From the NCBI GenBank assembly GCA_965207375.1, contig OZ242274.1:1312001-1376000 (forward strand): 64,000 nucleotides of DNA. The letters run 5' to 3'. The notes under the pieces are model-generated. The model had not been told where the DNA came from. It ran no database searches and saw only the letters and a program-made list of their open reading frames with translations. Below, piece by piece: positions 1 to 11,341 of this stretch (the first letter of the stretch is position 1; each line of letters begins with the position of its first letter). Position numbers and translations under genes: made by a program. Origin of the DNA: Nitrosopumilaceae archaeon. GTDB lineage: Archaea > Thermoproteota > Nitrososphaeria > Nitrososphaerales > Nitrosopumilaceae.

Positions 1-123
1 GAGCTAGAAATGTATCGAGGATTGGTCTTATCTGAAAAGCTCAAAAAACCAGAATGGAAGAAATTTCAAAAGTATAGTGCCAGTCTTAGTGCACACGATG
101 TTTTAAATGGAATTACCAGCTAA
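1..123 (+). CDS. nurA: 3' end of probable NurA nuclease (partial)
   Basis: Open frame from base 1 (ELEMYRGL...HDVLNGITS*). Its stop overlaps the herA ATG. Identity is inferred only from operon context. Confidence 0.5.
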   Translation, partial: ELEMYRGLVLSEKLKKPEWKKFQKYSASLSAHDVLNGITS

Positions 124-1706
124 TGGATGAAATTTCAGTCGTAGGACAGGTAGTTGGGGGAAAGTTTGGAGATATTGTAATTCGTCAAAAGTCTGGAACG
201 GATCTAGAGATTGGCGACCTGATGATATCTGAAGAAAACGGCTCGTTTTTAATCCTACAGATATTTGCACTCGAATATGGCTCTCAAATTCAAGACAGAG
301 TACAGCAGATGATGTCTGGTGTGAATTTAGAACAGGGCGTAGCAGATGCCCAGTTTTACGAACCAGGATTTGTAAATTATGTTCTGGCAAGAATAAAACC
401 TCTTGCCCGAGTATACAAAGAACAAGGAGATGTTAAAATTCCAAAATCACTTCCCTCGTTTTTTAATAAATTAAGATTGATTGCACACGATGATCTAAAA
501 TTCCTACAAAAACAAGACGATCAAATATTTGTTGGTCACATCAGAAGCGGAAGCAAGGTAATACAAGAAGCCGAGGTGCGGTTGTCTGCCCAAGATGTCT
601 TTTCCCACCATGTTTTAATTCCTGCAACTACGGGTCGCGGAAAATCAAACCTGGTCAAGACTATTTTGTGGTATGTGCTGTATACAAACAAGGTGGGGGC
701 CCTGATTTTAGATGCACATGATGAATATTTTGGAAGAAACACCCTAGGACTCAAGGATCATCCCAATGCACAAGACAATTTGGTATACTATACGCCTGCA
801 AATCCACCTGTGGGAACAAACAGACTTACAATCAACCTGCAATCGATTCGTCCGGATCACTTTGAGGGTATAGTCGATTTCTCAGATGCCCAGTTTCAGG
901 CAATTAGAACATACTATTGGCGATTCGGCAAGACATGGATTTCAAATGTAATGCTAGAAGAGCCAACAGCTGTTGCCATGGATGGAGACAATAAAAAAAA
1001 TGGAGAGTTTCATGCCTCTACACTGATGGTAGTTCAAAGAAAACTACGATTGATTTTGGGACTAGAAAAAGATGAAGACAGTCACATTGTGTCAAGACAT
1101 GAGGTCTTTGATTCTACGTCAAAGGGACTAAACACGGTAAATGATATCGTGCAGCATATCGAGCAGGGAAAGGCAATAGTCCTTGACACCTCTAGATTGG
1201 GTGATGAGGCAGAATTAATTGTTGGAAATATAATTGCCTCAAAACTGCTACAAAAATACAAGGATGCAAAATCAATAGGCCAGCTTGACAGAAAACCTGT
1301 TGCTACAATAGTCATAGAGGAGGCACCTCGTGTGATAGGAGAGGATATTCTGACTAGACGAAATGACAACATTTATGCTACAATTGCAAAGGAGGGCAGA
1401 AAATTCAAGGTGGGCCTGACTGCAATCACACAATTAAGCAGTGTAATTCCAAAGACGATTTTGGCAAATATGAATACGAAAATAATACTTGGAAACGAGA
1501 TGAAGCAGGAAAGAGACGCAATTATTGCATCTGCATCTCAGGATCTTTCAGAAGACGACAAAAACATTGCAAGCCTAGACAAGGGCGAGGCAATAATTAC
1601 AAGCATCTTTGTTCCATTTGCAATGCCAATAAAGATTCCTCTGTTTGAAGACATTGTAAAATCTGAATCAAAGACTGTACAATTTGAAAAAACAAAGGTG
1701 TTTTAG
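123..1706 (+). CDS. herA: HerA helicase/ATPase
   Basis: N-terminal HAS-like domain, Walker A ATTGRGKS, Walker B IVIEEA, EGRKF motif; directly upstream of mre11-rad50. Confidence 0.9.
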   Translation: MDEISVVGQVVGGKFGDIVIRQKSGTDLEIGDLMISEENGSFLILQIFALEYGSQIQDRVQQMMSGVNLEQGVADAQFYEPGFVNYVLARIKPLARVYKEQGDVKIPKSLPSFFNKLRLIAHDDLKFLQKQDDQIFVGHIRSGSKVIQEAEVRLSAQDVFSHHVLIPATTGRGKSNLVKTILWYVLYTNKVGALILDAHDEYFGRNTLGLKDHPNAQDNLVYYTPANPPVGTNRLTINLQSIRPDHFEGIVDFSDAQFQAIRTYYWRFGKTWISNVMLEEPTAVAMDGDNKKNGEFHASTLMVVQRKLRLILGLEKDEDSHIVSRHEVFDSTSKGLNTVNDIVQHIEQGKAIVLDTSRLGDEAELIVGNIIASKLLQKYKDAKSIGQLDRKPVATIVIEEAPRVIGEDILTRRNDNIYATIAKEGRKFKVGLTAITQLSSVIPKTILANMNTKIILGNEMKQERDAIIASASQDLSEDDKNIASLDKGEAIITSIFVPFAMPIKIPLFEDIVKSESKTVQFEKTKVF

Positions 1707-1707
1707 C

Positions 1708-2958
1708 TTGAGGTTTGTCCACATATCTGATGCACATCTGGGCTTTCAAAAACACGAATCATTACAAAAAATTGAACAGCAAGTTTTTGAAGATATTGTA
1801 GACAGATGTATTTCTCTCAAGGTGGATTTTGTTCTAGTTCCAGGAGATATTTTTCACGTAAATATTCCAGAAATGAGGGTGCAAAAGTTTGCCTTTGCAG
1901 CATTTCGAAAACTGTACGAGGCAGGCATACCAGCCTATGTTGTGTATGGCAGTCATGATTTTTCTCCAGTATCTAACTCTGTAATTGATCTGCTAGCAGA
2001 AACAGGATACATCATCAAGGTGACCAAAGCAACTAACAGAGATGATGGAACAATACATCTTGATTTTCTAACAGTTCCCAAAACACCGGTCAAGATTGTA
2101 GGACTTTCCGGACTTAAAGTGGGAAAGGACAGGGAATGGTACGAGAAACTAGACCGAAAATCACTAGAATCAGAACCCGGATTTAAGATCTTTTTGTTTC
2201 ATGGCGGAATTACTGACATGAAGGTAAATGCAGATATTGATGGCGACCATATGCCGCTGTCCCTGCTTCCAAAAGGATTTGCATACTATGCAGGAGGACA
2301 CATGCACAAATTCAATCATCAGAGTTTTCCAGATTATGCACATGTGGTGTATCCGGGCACACCCTTTGCAGGATATCATGCAGATTTGGAGGAAAATGCC
2401 AAGGGTCAAAAACGTGGCTTTGTTCTAGTAGAGTTTGAAGATACTGTAAAATCAGTAGAATTTATTCCTGTTCCAAATACTGATTATGAGATAATTGAGG
2501 TTGATGCAGACAATCGAAAATCTGAATCAGTAAATCAGGAACTACAAGATAAAACACGAAACATTAATCCCTCACAAAAGGCAGTAATTGTTAAAATTCA
2601 AGGGGAGCTTACCTCTGGCAAAACATCTGAGGTGGACGTCTCTGCTGTAAGAGAGAGTCTTACAAATGCAGGAGCATTGATGGTGAACATATCAAAGAAT
2701 CAACTTACCTCAAAGGAGTATAAAATTACAGCAGCAAAAGGTTCCAACAAAGATGAGGTTGAGACAAATGTTTTAAAAGAAAATATTGGACAGCTTCGTT
2801 TTACTCAGGAAAAACTAGTTGGTCAACAGGGAGTAGATCTTGCAAAAAAACTACTTTGTGAGCTAGGTCAGCCACAGCTAACCAATGAAAAGAAAAACGA
2901 ATACGTTCCAAGGGTCTGCAACGAGGCATTGGCAATTTTGGAGGTAGACGAGAAATGA
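1708..2958 (+). CDS. mre11: Mre11 nuclease
   Basis: Metallophosphoesterase motifs SDAHLG, GDIF, GSHD, FHG, GGHMH. Likely TTG start at 1708. Confidence 0.92.
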   Translation: MRFVHISDAHLGFQKHESLQKIEQQVFEDIVDRCISLKVDFVLVPGDIFHVNIPEMRVQKFAFAAFRKLYEAGIPAYVVYGSHDFSPVSNSVIDLLAETGYIIKVTKATNRDDGTIHLDFLTVPKTPVKIVGLSGLKVGKDREWYEKLDRKSLESEPGFKIFLFHGGITDMKVNADIDGDHMPLSLLPKGFAYYAGGHMHKFNHQSFPDYAHVVYPGTPFAGYHADLEENAKGQKRGFVLVEFEDTVKSVEFIPVPNTDYEIIEVDADNRKSESVNQELQDKTRNINPSQKAVIVKIQGELTSGKTSEVDVSAVRESLTNAGALMVNISKNQLTSKEYKITAAKGSNKDEVETNVLKENIGQLRFTQEKLVGQQGVDLAKKLLCELGQPQLTNEKKNEYVPRVCNEALAILEVDEK

Positions 2959-5552
2959 TTCTCAAATCTATAATTATTGACAACATTAGAAGCTACAAAC
3001 ACGAAGAGATTGAATTTCCCACAGGTATATCTTTGTTTGAGGGAGATATTGGCTCTGGTAAATCAACTATACTAATGTCAATAGAGTTTGCATTGTTTGG
3101 ACTAGGCTCTCAAAAACCTGAATCACTTTTGGCAAAAAAATCAGACTCTTGCTCAGTCCTACTAGAGTTTTCAGTAGATGATAAAATATACGAAGTAAAA
3201 AGAACTCTAGTTAAAAAAACGAAAACTGTAGGTCATGATCCAAAAGGCTCTTGGATAAAAATCTCAGGTGTAAAGGAACTGCTTTCTCCCTCTGAGCTAA
3301 AACAAAAAATACTTCAAATTCTTAAATTTAATGAACCCTCAGATCCAAAGGCAGAAAGCAGAATATTTCGATATGCTGTATTTACTCCCCAAGAATCTAT
3401 GAAGGATGTACTTTGGGACTCTAAAAGACGCCTAGAAACCATTAGAAAGGCATTTGGAATAGAAGATTATAGCATTGCTGCCTCAAATGCACATGAATTA
3501 CTGCGCAAGCTCAATCTGAAAACAAACACACTGCAAGAGCGGTTTAGCAACATTTCAGAGCTAGAGTCTCAAAATACCGAATCAGAAAATAAAATTTCCG
3601 AGCTTGATTCTGCGCTTGCAGACCTGATGCAAAAAAAGGAACTAGATGAAAAATCAGAATTACAGGCAACTGCTACACTAAAGGAATTGCACGAAAAAAA
3701 CAAGGAAAAAGTCAAAATAGATACAACAAAGCAGGCAATAAAAGAAAAAATTAACGATTTGCAAACACAGGTGTCTCGTATTAAAAAAGAGATTGAAGAG
3801 CTTCAGACAAATCTAGAATCTGACAATTTAGAAATTAAAAAACTAGCTGAAATTGTAAAACCTGAAACTGTACAAAATCTTTCCCAATTAGAACAAGAGA
3901 TATCAAAACATCAAAAAATCAATGACAATTTGATCAAACTTGATGCTACAAAAGACGCAATTATTACAGCAATTTCAAAATTAAAAGAATCACTAGGAGA
4001 TAACATCAATACTGATGCTTTGCAACAGGAACAGAAAATAAATACCATACAAAACCAAAAAGACACACTATTACAGCAAAAAAAAGAAATAGAGGCCAAC
4101 AAAGACACACTATTACAACAAAAAAATACAATACAAAACCAAAAAGACACACTATTACAGCAAAAAAAAGAAACAGACCAAAACCGGGATGAAATAAACG
4201 GGCAACTTGCACAAAAAGCAGAGCAAATACGCGCCTTAGAATCTGAAATTGCAGAATTTACCAAACTAGGAAATGTGTGTCCTACATGCAAGCAAGAAAT
4301 CACATCGCAACACAATCATGATTTAGTTGGCAAAAAACAAAATGAAATAGATGAATTAAAACAGCAAAAAGATGCAATATTTGCCTCTTTTTCCAAGATA
4401 GAGGCAGAACAAAACAGCATAAACTCTGAAATTAATTCTTGTGATTCAGACATGGACAAAATCCGAGACGTTGCAGTTGCCGAGTTACACGAGAAACAAA
4501 ACAGCATAAACTCTGAAATTAATTCTTGTGATTCAGGTATAGATAAAGTCAAGCAAATCGCTTCTCAATTACATGACTATGCTTTCAAATCATCAGAGTT
4601 GGAGCAAATCGGGGCTGATATTTTGGAATTACACAGACAGCGGGGAGTTTATGGGGATGACTCTGTCAGACACTTTACAGAACTCAAGGAACGGCTGATT
4701 CAATATGAAAATGCACAGGAGCGAATTCAACAGATTGTTTCATCCAAACAAAAGACAGAGCGCAAAATTTTAGAAAACCAAGATCTTGAAAAAAGCAAAT
4801 CAAAAGAGATTTCCCTCAATACTGCCCAACTAGACAAATTGCAAACAATGTACACATTTGATGATTTGGATGCAAAAATTGATGCTGCAGAAAAAACACT
4901 TCAAACATTACAAAATAGTCTTTCTCAAATGAATAGTACGGCAGCAACTGTGCGTGAAAAAATATCAAATGAAAAAATATTAATTCAAAAAAATTGTCAA
5001 AAAATTACTGAATCTAAAAAATGGCAAAAAGAATTTCATAAAATTTCCGAATATTCACAATGGTTAGAATCCTTTTTTATTCCCACTATATCTCAGATTG
5101 AAAAACAGGTATTGCTGTCTATATTACAAAACTTTAATCAAACGTATAGCAACTGGTATTTGATTCTAGTTGAGGACCCTGCAAAGGAATCCCGAATTGA
5201 TGAGGATTTTACCCCGATTGTTACTCAGGACGGATATGACCAAGAAGTAAGTTATCTCTCTGGAGGAGAAAAAACCAGCATTGCCTTGGCATACAGGCTT
5301 ACACTAAACTCGTTGATACGAAAAGAAACACAATCAATGAAGTCCAATTTATTAATACTAGACGAGCCTACAGACGGGTTTTCAAAGAATCAATTGGGAA
5401 AGATTCGTGAAGTACTAAATCAGTTACAATCTGAGCAAATTATATTGGTGTCTCATGAAAAAGAGCTTGAAACATATGTGGAACACGTCTTTGAAATTTC
5501 AAAACAGGACGGCATCTCAAAGGTATCGCACAAGAATTTACCTGCACACTAG
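2955..5552 (+). CDS. rad50: Rad50 SMC-family ATPase
   Basis: Walker A GDIGSGKS, long coiled coil, zinc hook CPTC, signature LSGGE, Walker B LILDEP. Confidence 0.93.
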   Translation: MILKSIIIDNIRSYKHEEIEFPTGISLFEGDIGSGKSTILMSIEFALFGLGSQKPESLLAKKSDSCSVLLEFSVDDKIYEVKRTLVKKTKTVGHDPKGSWIKISGVKELLSPSELKQKILQILKFNEPSDPKAESRIFRYAVFTPQESMKDVLWDSKRRLETIRKAFGIEDYSIAASNAHELLRKLNLKTNTLQERFSNISELESQNTESENKISELDSALADLMQKKELDEKSELQATATLKELHEKNKEKVKIDTTKQAIKEKINDLQTQVSRIKKEIEELQTNLESDNLEIKKLAEIVKPETVQNLSQLEQEISKHQKINDNLIKLDATKDAIITAISKLKESLGDNINTDALQQEQKINTIQNQKDTLLQQKKEIEANKDTLLQQKNTIQNQKDTLLQQKKETDQNRDEINGQLAQKAEQIRALESEIAEFTKLGNVCPTCKQEITSQHNHDLVGKKQNEIDELKQQKDAIFASFSKIEAEQNSINSEINSCDSDMDKIRDVAVAELHEKQNSINSEINSCDSGIDKVKQIASQLHDYAFKSSELEQIGADILELHRQRGVYGDDSVRHFTELKERLIQYENAQERIQQIVSSKQKTERKILENQDLEKSKSKEISLNTAQLDKLQTMYTFDDLDAKIDAAEKTLQTLQNSLSQMNSTAATVREKISNEKILIQKNCQKITESKKWQKEFHKISEYSQWLESFFIPTISQIEKQVLLSILQNFNQTYSNWYLILVEDPAKESRIDEDFTPIVTQDGYDQEVSYLSGGEKTSIALAYRLTLNSLIRKETQSMKSNLLILDEPTDGFSKNQLGKIREVLNQLQSEQIILVSHEKELETYVEHVFEISKQDGISKVSHKNLPAH
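4041..4173 (+). repeat. In-frame 42-bp tandem repeats in the rad50 N-terminal arm
   Basis: KDTLLQQK occurs three times at a 14-aa period; NTIQNQ recurs at 4041 and 4125. Confidence 0.9.
4410..4537 (+). repeat. In-frame duplication with 87-bp period in the rad50 C-terminal arm
   Basis: caaaacagcataaactctgaaattaattcttgtgattcag at 4410 and 4497. Confidence 0.9.
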
Positions 5553-5658
5553 TATTTGTTAACTTTGAATTTATAGTAATTTTAAGCATGAAATTACTTT
5601 GCTGTCAAAATATAGAATAAAAAATTCAGGTGTGACGTTAACACTTGCCATTTTTAAA

Positions 5659-6045
5659 TCAGGCATCTTCAATTACATCACCAAACATCGTAAAAACACG
5701 CTCTGCCTGCGCTGCATTAATCTCACCCTTAGCATGACCATCTTTGACAATTTCATAAACCTCATCTTTGGTAAGCGCTTCAAGTTTATGATTATGTGAT
5801 TCAGGTTTAATAAAACGAACAGAACCCTCCAATGCACCTTCATCATGGATTTTCCTTTCATAGTCGTCCATGTAATGCGCCTCAACTTTGAAAAGTGCAC
5901 CTTTTTTGGTCAGGTAAATCTGGGTATGTACAGTATTGCTCTTACTATTTGGATCAGGAAAATCAACGATAAGCTCTGAATTTTCAGTATTGTATCTTTT
6001 ATTGTTAATTATTTTCTCCATACTAGAAACTTGTACAGTATGCAA
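5659..6045 (-). CDS. Hypothetical protein
   Basis: 128-aa ORF with normal composition; real start probably the internal ATG (MEKII). Confidence 0.6.
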   Translation of the reverse strand: MHTVQVSSMEKIINNKRYNTENSELIVDFPDPNSKSNTVHTQIYLTKKGALFKVEAHYMDDYERKIHDEGALEGSVRFIKPESHNHKLEALTKDEVYEIVKDGHAKGEINAAQAERVFTMFGDVIEDA

Positions 6046-6550
6046 ATAAACGTATTAAAAAATAAAAAAGAAATTCCTAGGAATTCAACGCACTTGCAGA
6101 CATGCTCAGATGGCATTAAAAGGATAAGGAAGGATTTGAAAAAATATGTCATCAGCGTAGTATGGCGGAGACTACATTTTCTGTCATCAAAGAAAGGTTT
6201 GGTGCAACAGTACGTGCAAAACTAGAATCCTACAAGGTCTTGCTGCTGACACTCAAGTGTATTTGTTATAATCTGGTTGCCTAGTTGCATTGTTGCCAAA
6301 TGGAGACACTTTTTCTAGCGGCAGCTATGAAGATTAGCTGTATTTTAGAATCATTTTTTGTGATTTTGATGTTAAAGCAATCTTTGGAGTACATGATGTG
6401 TAGCAAATGATGTAATGTACATCAAAGAAATATCTACGATTTTGTCAAAATTCTATAAAAGTGGACAGCGTCGTATAATTTCAAGTAGACCTGAATGTGC
6501 ATGTCACAATTGGAGACCTGATCTTCTCAAAATAACACTTGGTTTCTAAT

Positions 6551-7039
6551 CTAGCCGCCAGTTAATTTTGCAAATTTCTCATTTTTGCTTAGTTTTTCCA
6601 TAAACTCTATGTTGGATAGTGCAACTATGGCAGATTCTACTACCGGCTGTTCTTTGTCTGTTAGTGCGTTTTCAAGTATCTTACGCGAATCCTTTGAGCC
6701 CATCACGCCTAGTGCAATGGCTGCCTCGTGTCTTACAAACATGCTAGGGTCATTAATTGTGGCATCAGATAATGGTTTTATCCCGCTGCTGTAACACATC
6801 TGTCCTAGCGAAAATGCCGCTTCGTGTCGTACCAGCTCATTTGGGTCATTTTTTAGCACTCTGGCAATATGTTGTACTTTGTCCTCACCTCCCAAATCTA
6901 CTAGGACACATGTTGCACGAGTTCTGACTACATAATCCTCATGTTCTAACAAATTTACAAAGTAATCTGCGTCTTGTTTTTCATATCTTTCCTCCATTTC
7001 TGTAAAAAGATCCAAACGTTGTTGTGGCACGGTTTTCAT
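6551..7039 (-). CDS. HEAT/PBS-lyase repeat protein
   Basis: Repeated VRHEAA.LG motifs. Confidence 0.85.
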   Translation of the reverse strand: MKTVPQQRLDLFTEMEERYEKQDADYFVNLLEHEDYVVRTRATCVLVDLGGEDKVQHIARVLKNDPNELVRHEAAFSLGQMCYSSGIKPLSDATINDPSMFVRHEAAIALGVMGSKDSRKILENALTDKEQPVVESAIVALSNIEFMEKLSKNEKFAKLTGG

Positions 7040-7297
7040 GACCTCACTTTTGACATCTCATATATTATCATTTAATTTTGGCGCAGATCATGCTAAAGCA
7101 GGCTTACATTGACACATCAAGTAGATGGGAGAAAATTTTTCATATGGTATATTACCTGCATGCAAAAACATTTTTTAGACTCTGATATAACTGCACAAAC
7201 TGTTAACAAATCGACTTTGATAAATACTGAAATTATATCTAGAATTAATGTTGTAAACACTGTTAGATTAAATTCTAGGCAGATTGTAATAACTGTA

Positions 7298-7723
7298 TTA
7301 AGAGTTGATTCTTCTTTTGTGCTTTGCACGGGAAAATAATTTTACTTCTCTACGCTTTTGCTGTTTTTCAATTCTTTTACGAGTTCGCTCTATTGATTTT
7401 TGTGTACTGCTTAGGCCTTTTACCTTGCTATGCTTTTGTTCAATGATTTCACTTTTTCCTTTATAGTTTAGTTCTGCCTGATGACATGCTTTGTAGTATT
7501 TTGTTAATACAAAAAAGACTCGTTTGTTTTGCCCCTGAATCTCTTTTATCTCCTTATTTTTTTTCAAATAATTCAATATATTTCGCAACAGTCCCCTGTC
7601 AATTCCAGTTAATCTGTCGATTTCTCGAAACCAGATGAATCTGGATTTTTCTCCCCATTCCTTTAAAAGATCGTATATTATCTGAAACTCTCTTTCATAT
7701 TCCTCTATCTTTTCAGAATTCAT
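7298..7723 (-). CDS. Hypothetical basic protein, possible winged HTH
   Basis: FREIDRLTGIDRGLLRNILNYL is an HTH-like segment. Confidence 0.5.
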   Translation of the reverse strand: MNSEKIEEYEREFQIIYDLLKEWGEKSRFIWFREIDRLTGIDRGLLRNILNYLKKNKEIKEIQGQNKRVFFVLTKYYKACHQAELNYKGKSEIIEQKHSKVKGLSSTQKSIERTRKRIEKQQKRREVKLFSRAKHKRRINS

Positions 7724-7880
7724 AATACTGTTAGAATTACTACTCTATTTTAGCAAACTGTCTCACTTTGCAAGAATCATAAATGCAAATTTTGTACCCA
7801 AAACTCTGATAATCTGGTCTCTTTTTTTGAAAAAGAATCTGTGGGGAATCTAAATAAATGCCTGTGATATCTGGAAAATA

Positions 7881-8183
7881 TTGACTTGGACTAAGGTAGC
7901 TGAAAAAGGATCCATTGAATCTGGCAAAGGTACTCAGGTAGAGGTAAACGGAGAAAAAATAGCCGTCTTTAACAAGGATGGATTATATGCTCTTGAGGCA
8001 ACGTGTGTACACCAAAACCAGTCAATTGCATGCGGAAACATAGAGGGAGATATAGTAGAATGTCCGCACCACTTTTGGCATTATAATCTAAAAACCGGAG
8101 ATCTTTTGGACTATCTAAAAGACATCAAACTTCAAACATATCCCGTCGAAGAAAAAAATGATGGGATTTACATCGACGTTTGA
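7881..8183 (+). CDS. Rieske [2Fe-2S] ferredoxin
   Basis: CVH...CPHH Rieske ligand motifs. Confidence 0.9.
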   Translation: MTWTKVAEKGSIESGKGTQVEVNGEKIAVFNKDGLYALEATCVHQNQSIACGNIEGDIVECPHHFWHYNLKTGDLLDYLKDIKLQTYPVEEKNDGIYIDV

Positions 8184-8280
8184 TTTTTATAAAATCTTAG
8201 CTTTGTTTCTGATATGATCAGGACTGTTGTTTCTTGCATTGCATCTTCGAAGAAAAGATGTTGATATTCTACTATTAACT

Positions 8281-8664
8281 TTACAATTTTTTCTTGACTT
8301 TGTCAAAAATTCTTTCTGCCCATTTTACAGAGTTTTGGGCATCTTTTGGTTCCATCAGGTCTGGTTGATATTCAGAAGCATTCTTTTTGTCTATTAAAGA
8401 GGTAAACTGTCTTTTAATTTCCTGATACTCTTGTGGAGCAAATATTCCCTTAACAAGTGAAAGCACCTCAGTATGATCATCTGAGGCACGTTTTCCTTTG
8501 TATGACGTGGTTAATGCATCCAGTGCACTGATAGCGCTGTGTATGGCACTTGTTACTGCACTGTTATACTTTGTATTTTGTACAGCAAGTTTTGCCATTT
8601 CCAAAAACTCTTCTGACTTTGTAATGTAATTGGATGCCTTTTTAGGATCAATGTCTCTGCTCAT
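8281..8664 (-). CDS. HEPN-domain protein (toxin of a HEPN/MNT pair)
   Basis: A..AIHSAISALDAL and K-N-x-x-x-Y HEPN pattern; translationally coupled to the MNT gene. Confidence 0.8.
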   Translation of the reverse strand: MSRDIDPKKASNYITKSEEFLEMAKLAVQNTKYNSAVTSAIHSAISALDALTTSYKGKRASDDHTEVLSLVKGIFAPQEYQEIKRQFTSLIDKKNASEYQPDLMEPKDAQNSVKWAERIFDKVKKKL

Positions 8665-9266
8665 TTCAAAATAAACTCCAAATTCTTTCCGTATATCATG
8701 ATATGGTTATCTAAAATAGAGCGTACAATCTCCCTTTTCTTTTTTGATTTAAATTCAGATTCGGAGAAGACAAGTGGCGAGATCTTGCTGTGAAATTTCG
8801 TAAATATTTCTTCTCCTGCATTTGCTACAACCATGATGGCATCATCAAAATCATCAGATATGATAAAAACATCAATATCACTATCTTCTTTTTCTTGACT
8901 TTTTGAAACGCTTCCAAAAACAACAGCTGAAATAATTTTTTTTGTGCTGAGATGTTTTTTGAGGATCAAAATCACCTGATCAAAAGTTTGCTTTTCTGCA
9001 ATAAACATCGGCTCTATGATTTTTTTTAGGACATAGCTTTTTTCATTTAATGATACTTGATGTGATCTTCCTACCGGTTGAATTTGTACAACTCCAAGTT
9101 TTTCAAGCTCGTCTACCGTTTCTGACACTCCAGTATGTGAAACCCCTGCATCGTGTGCCAATCTTCTAATTGTAAAGATCTTGCCTTTATATCGTATCAA
9201 AGTGCGAAGGACACTAATAGAGACCTTGTTTCCAAGTGCTTTTTCTAAATACTCGTAAAGTTTCAT
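8661..9266 (-). CDS. wHTH + minimal nucleotidyltransferase antitoxin
   Basis: N-terminal HTH; FGS...SDIDVF nucleotidyltransferase motif. Confidence 0.85.
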   Translation of the reverse strand: MKLYEYLEKALGNKVSISVLRTLIRYKGKIFTIRRLAHDAGVSHTGVSETVDELEKLGVVQIQPVGRSHQVSLNEKSYVLKKIIEPMFIAEKQTFDQVILILKKHLSTKKIISAVVFGSVSKSQEKEDSDIDVFIISDDFDDAIMVVANAGEEIFTKFHSKISPLVFSESEFKSKKKREIVRSILDNHIMIYGKNLEFILK

Positions 9267-9430
9267 GATGTGGTAAATATTACTTCCATATGGTATTAAT
9301 AGTTTTCATATGGTAGAATTTCATTAAATATTGCTTCAATCTGTACCTGCTAATGACCAATTGACACGTAGGATAGAATTGTATATGTACAAGAATACAT
9401 CATATAAAACGAGTAAATTCTTGATTAAAA

Positions 9431-9556
9431 TGGTACGGACCCCGCTAGAATGAGAACACTCGCATTCATCACCTTAAAGTCAATACGGGGAGAGGAATCA
9501 TGGTAAAAAGCAAGTTTACACCAGATTAAAAAATACAGATCGTACTAGAATCATCT
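9431..9556 (+). mobile_element. IS3-like left-end remnant
   Basis: TGGTACGGACCCC end, then a broken OrfA start MVKSKFTPD*KIQIVLES. A related end TGGAGTGGACCCC lies at 12875. Confidence 0.5.
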
Positions 9557-9686
9557 ATGTAAATTTCCAGACCACCGAATGAATTATCCACACCACCAAA
9601 TTTAATTCCAGAGAACTTTCACTATGTCATCTTTATTAGCATGTTTTCACCGGAATATGCAATGACTTTAAAAAAAAAGACTAAAG

Positions 9687-10560
9687 ATGAAACCCGTGAC
9701 TGCAATCTTATTTTCAGTACTGTTATTAATTCCGGCAATACCGTTGGGTAGTGCAGTTGATTCCATTACAGGTACGACAAACTCAGAAATACAAAACCCG
9801 TTAAAACAGATTCAAAACGGCACATCACTAGATGAGATTATGTGTAGAGATGACAGAATACTGATGCAGCGACCAAATGCTGAATATGTGTGTGTATAAT
9901 ATTTCTGTAGAGAAACTGCAAATTCGAGGATGGCATGTCACCTCTGGAATATTTGCCACTTCAAACAGTGAAATATCGACAAATAAAATATCCAATGTAT
10001 CCGCACCTCGTTTGTTTGCTGGCCACAGTGAACTATCCCTAGATAAATACCCAAAGGTTGGCGAAACTGCGACACTGACTGTAAATGCAACAAACAATGA
10101 CACAGTCAAACCTAGTGAAGTCGATTTAGATAGTTTAACAATTTCTATAACCGAAGGTTTGGAATTTGTAGGTATAAATTCATCAAAAATTGAATATGTA
10201 GAACGTTACAATCTTGATGATGAATATGAGTACAGTATTCCACTTGACTTGGAATCAGGCGAATCAAAAACATTTACTGTTACAATCAAAGCAGTAAAAG
10301 AAGGATTACATTTCATTGGAAGTTACTATTTTGAAGGTGAAGATGGACTTGCGTATTATGTAACCTCTGATGAAATCTGGTCATATGACGAGTATAGGAA
10401 AAAATTTGCCAATATAAAACCACAACAAGCAGAAATTACAGAATGTCCAGAAGGTTACCTACTACACGCAAATCAATGTTTTGATGTTTCCATACCAACA
10501 CCAACGCCCACATTGGAACAAAGACAAGATACCATATTTGGTTTGTGTGCAGAGTATATG
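9687..10560 (+). pseudogene. 5' part of a secreted protein gene, frameshifted and IS-interrupted
   Basis: Signal peptide plus PLKQ...C...RPN...CV motif, also present in the 35830 protein. Frameshift in a (TG)n run near 9890. Cut by IS5 at 10562. Confidence 0.75.
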
Positions 10561-10561
10561 A

Positions 10562-11336
10562 GAGGTGATTCGTAATTAGCAAATTTCCCTAAATTTCACG
10601 CCTAGCAATACCAAAAAGATCCAAATATCACCCGAATCTACCACAACTCATGATGTCCTATGAAAAACTGGTAAAAAATACCAGAAGATTTCGTGCCATA
10701 ACAGGCATGTCTGCCAAAGAATTTGATTTGTTAGTATCTAAGGTGGAAAAAAAGTATCCAAGAGCAGAAAAAAAGAGACTCTCTAGAGAAAACAGAGTGC
10801 GCGCAATAGGTGCAGGCCGCAGATTCGCATTAAATGTACGAGACCAGGTGATGCTACTTTTGTTTTACTATCGTACATACTGCACACAAGATGTAGCAGC
10901 AGTCATGTTTGAAATAGGACAAGCATCAGTATCGCGCTCTATTACCCATATAGAGCCCATCCTCAAACTATGCATTCCTATACCTTCCAAAATACATGAC
11001 AAGATGCAAAGAATTTCCTCCATAGAGGAATTAGAAGAGATTCTTCCAGGTCTTAGATGTCTTGTTGATGCCTCAGAACAGAAAATACAAAGACCCGAAC
11101 GCAAGGACATGGAAAAGTCCCACTATTCTGGCAAGGCAGGAGAACACACCTCTAAGGTACAATACACGACTAACACACATGGAATAATAGTGCACAAGAC
11201 ACGTCATTCGCCAGGAAAAATACATGACGTTACAGTATACAAGAAAAAACCTCCAACATTTCCAGAGAAAATACCTGATGAGGCACAGGTCACCATATAT
11301 GCAGACAGAGGATACCAAGGGGCACCTGAGGTTCCA
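10562..11336 (+). mobile_element. IS5-family element, 3'-truncated copy (transposase ORF 10650-11342)
   Basis: Left TIR GAGGTGATTCGTAATTA; DASE and DRGYQG motifs; near-identical to the 46216 copy up to about 11336. Confidence 0.88.
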
Positions 11337-11341
11337 GGATA

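Noticed and set aside
3911-4552. Cys/Phe-rich antisense ORFs
   Set aside because: Shadows of the repetitive rad50 coiled coil.
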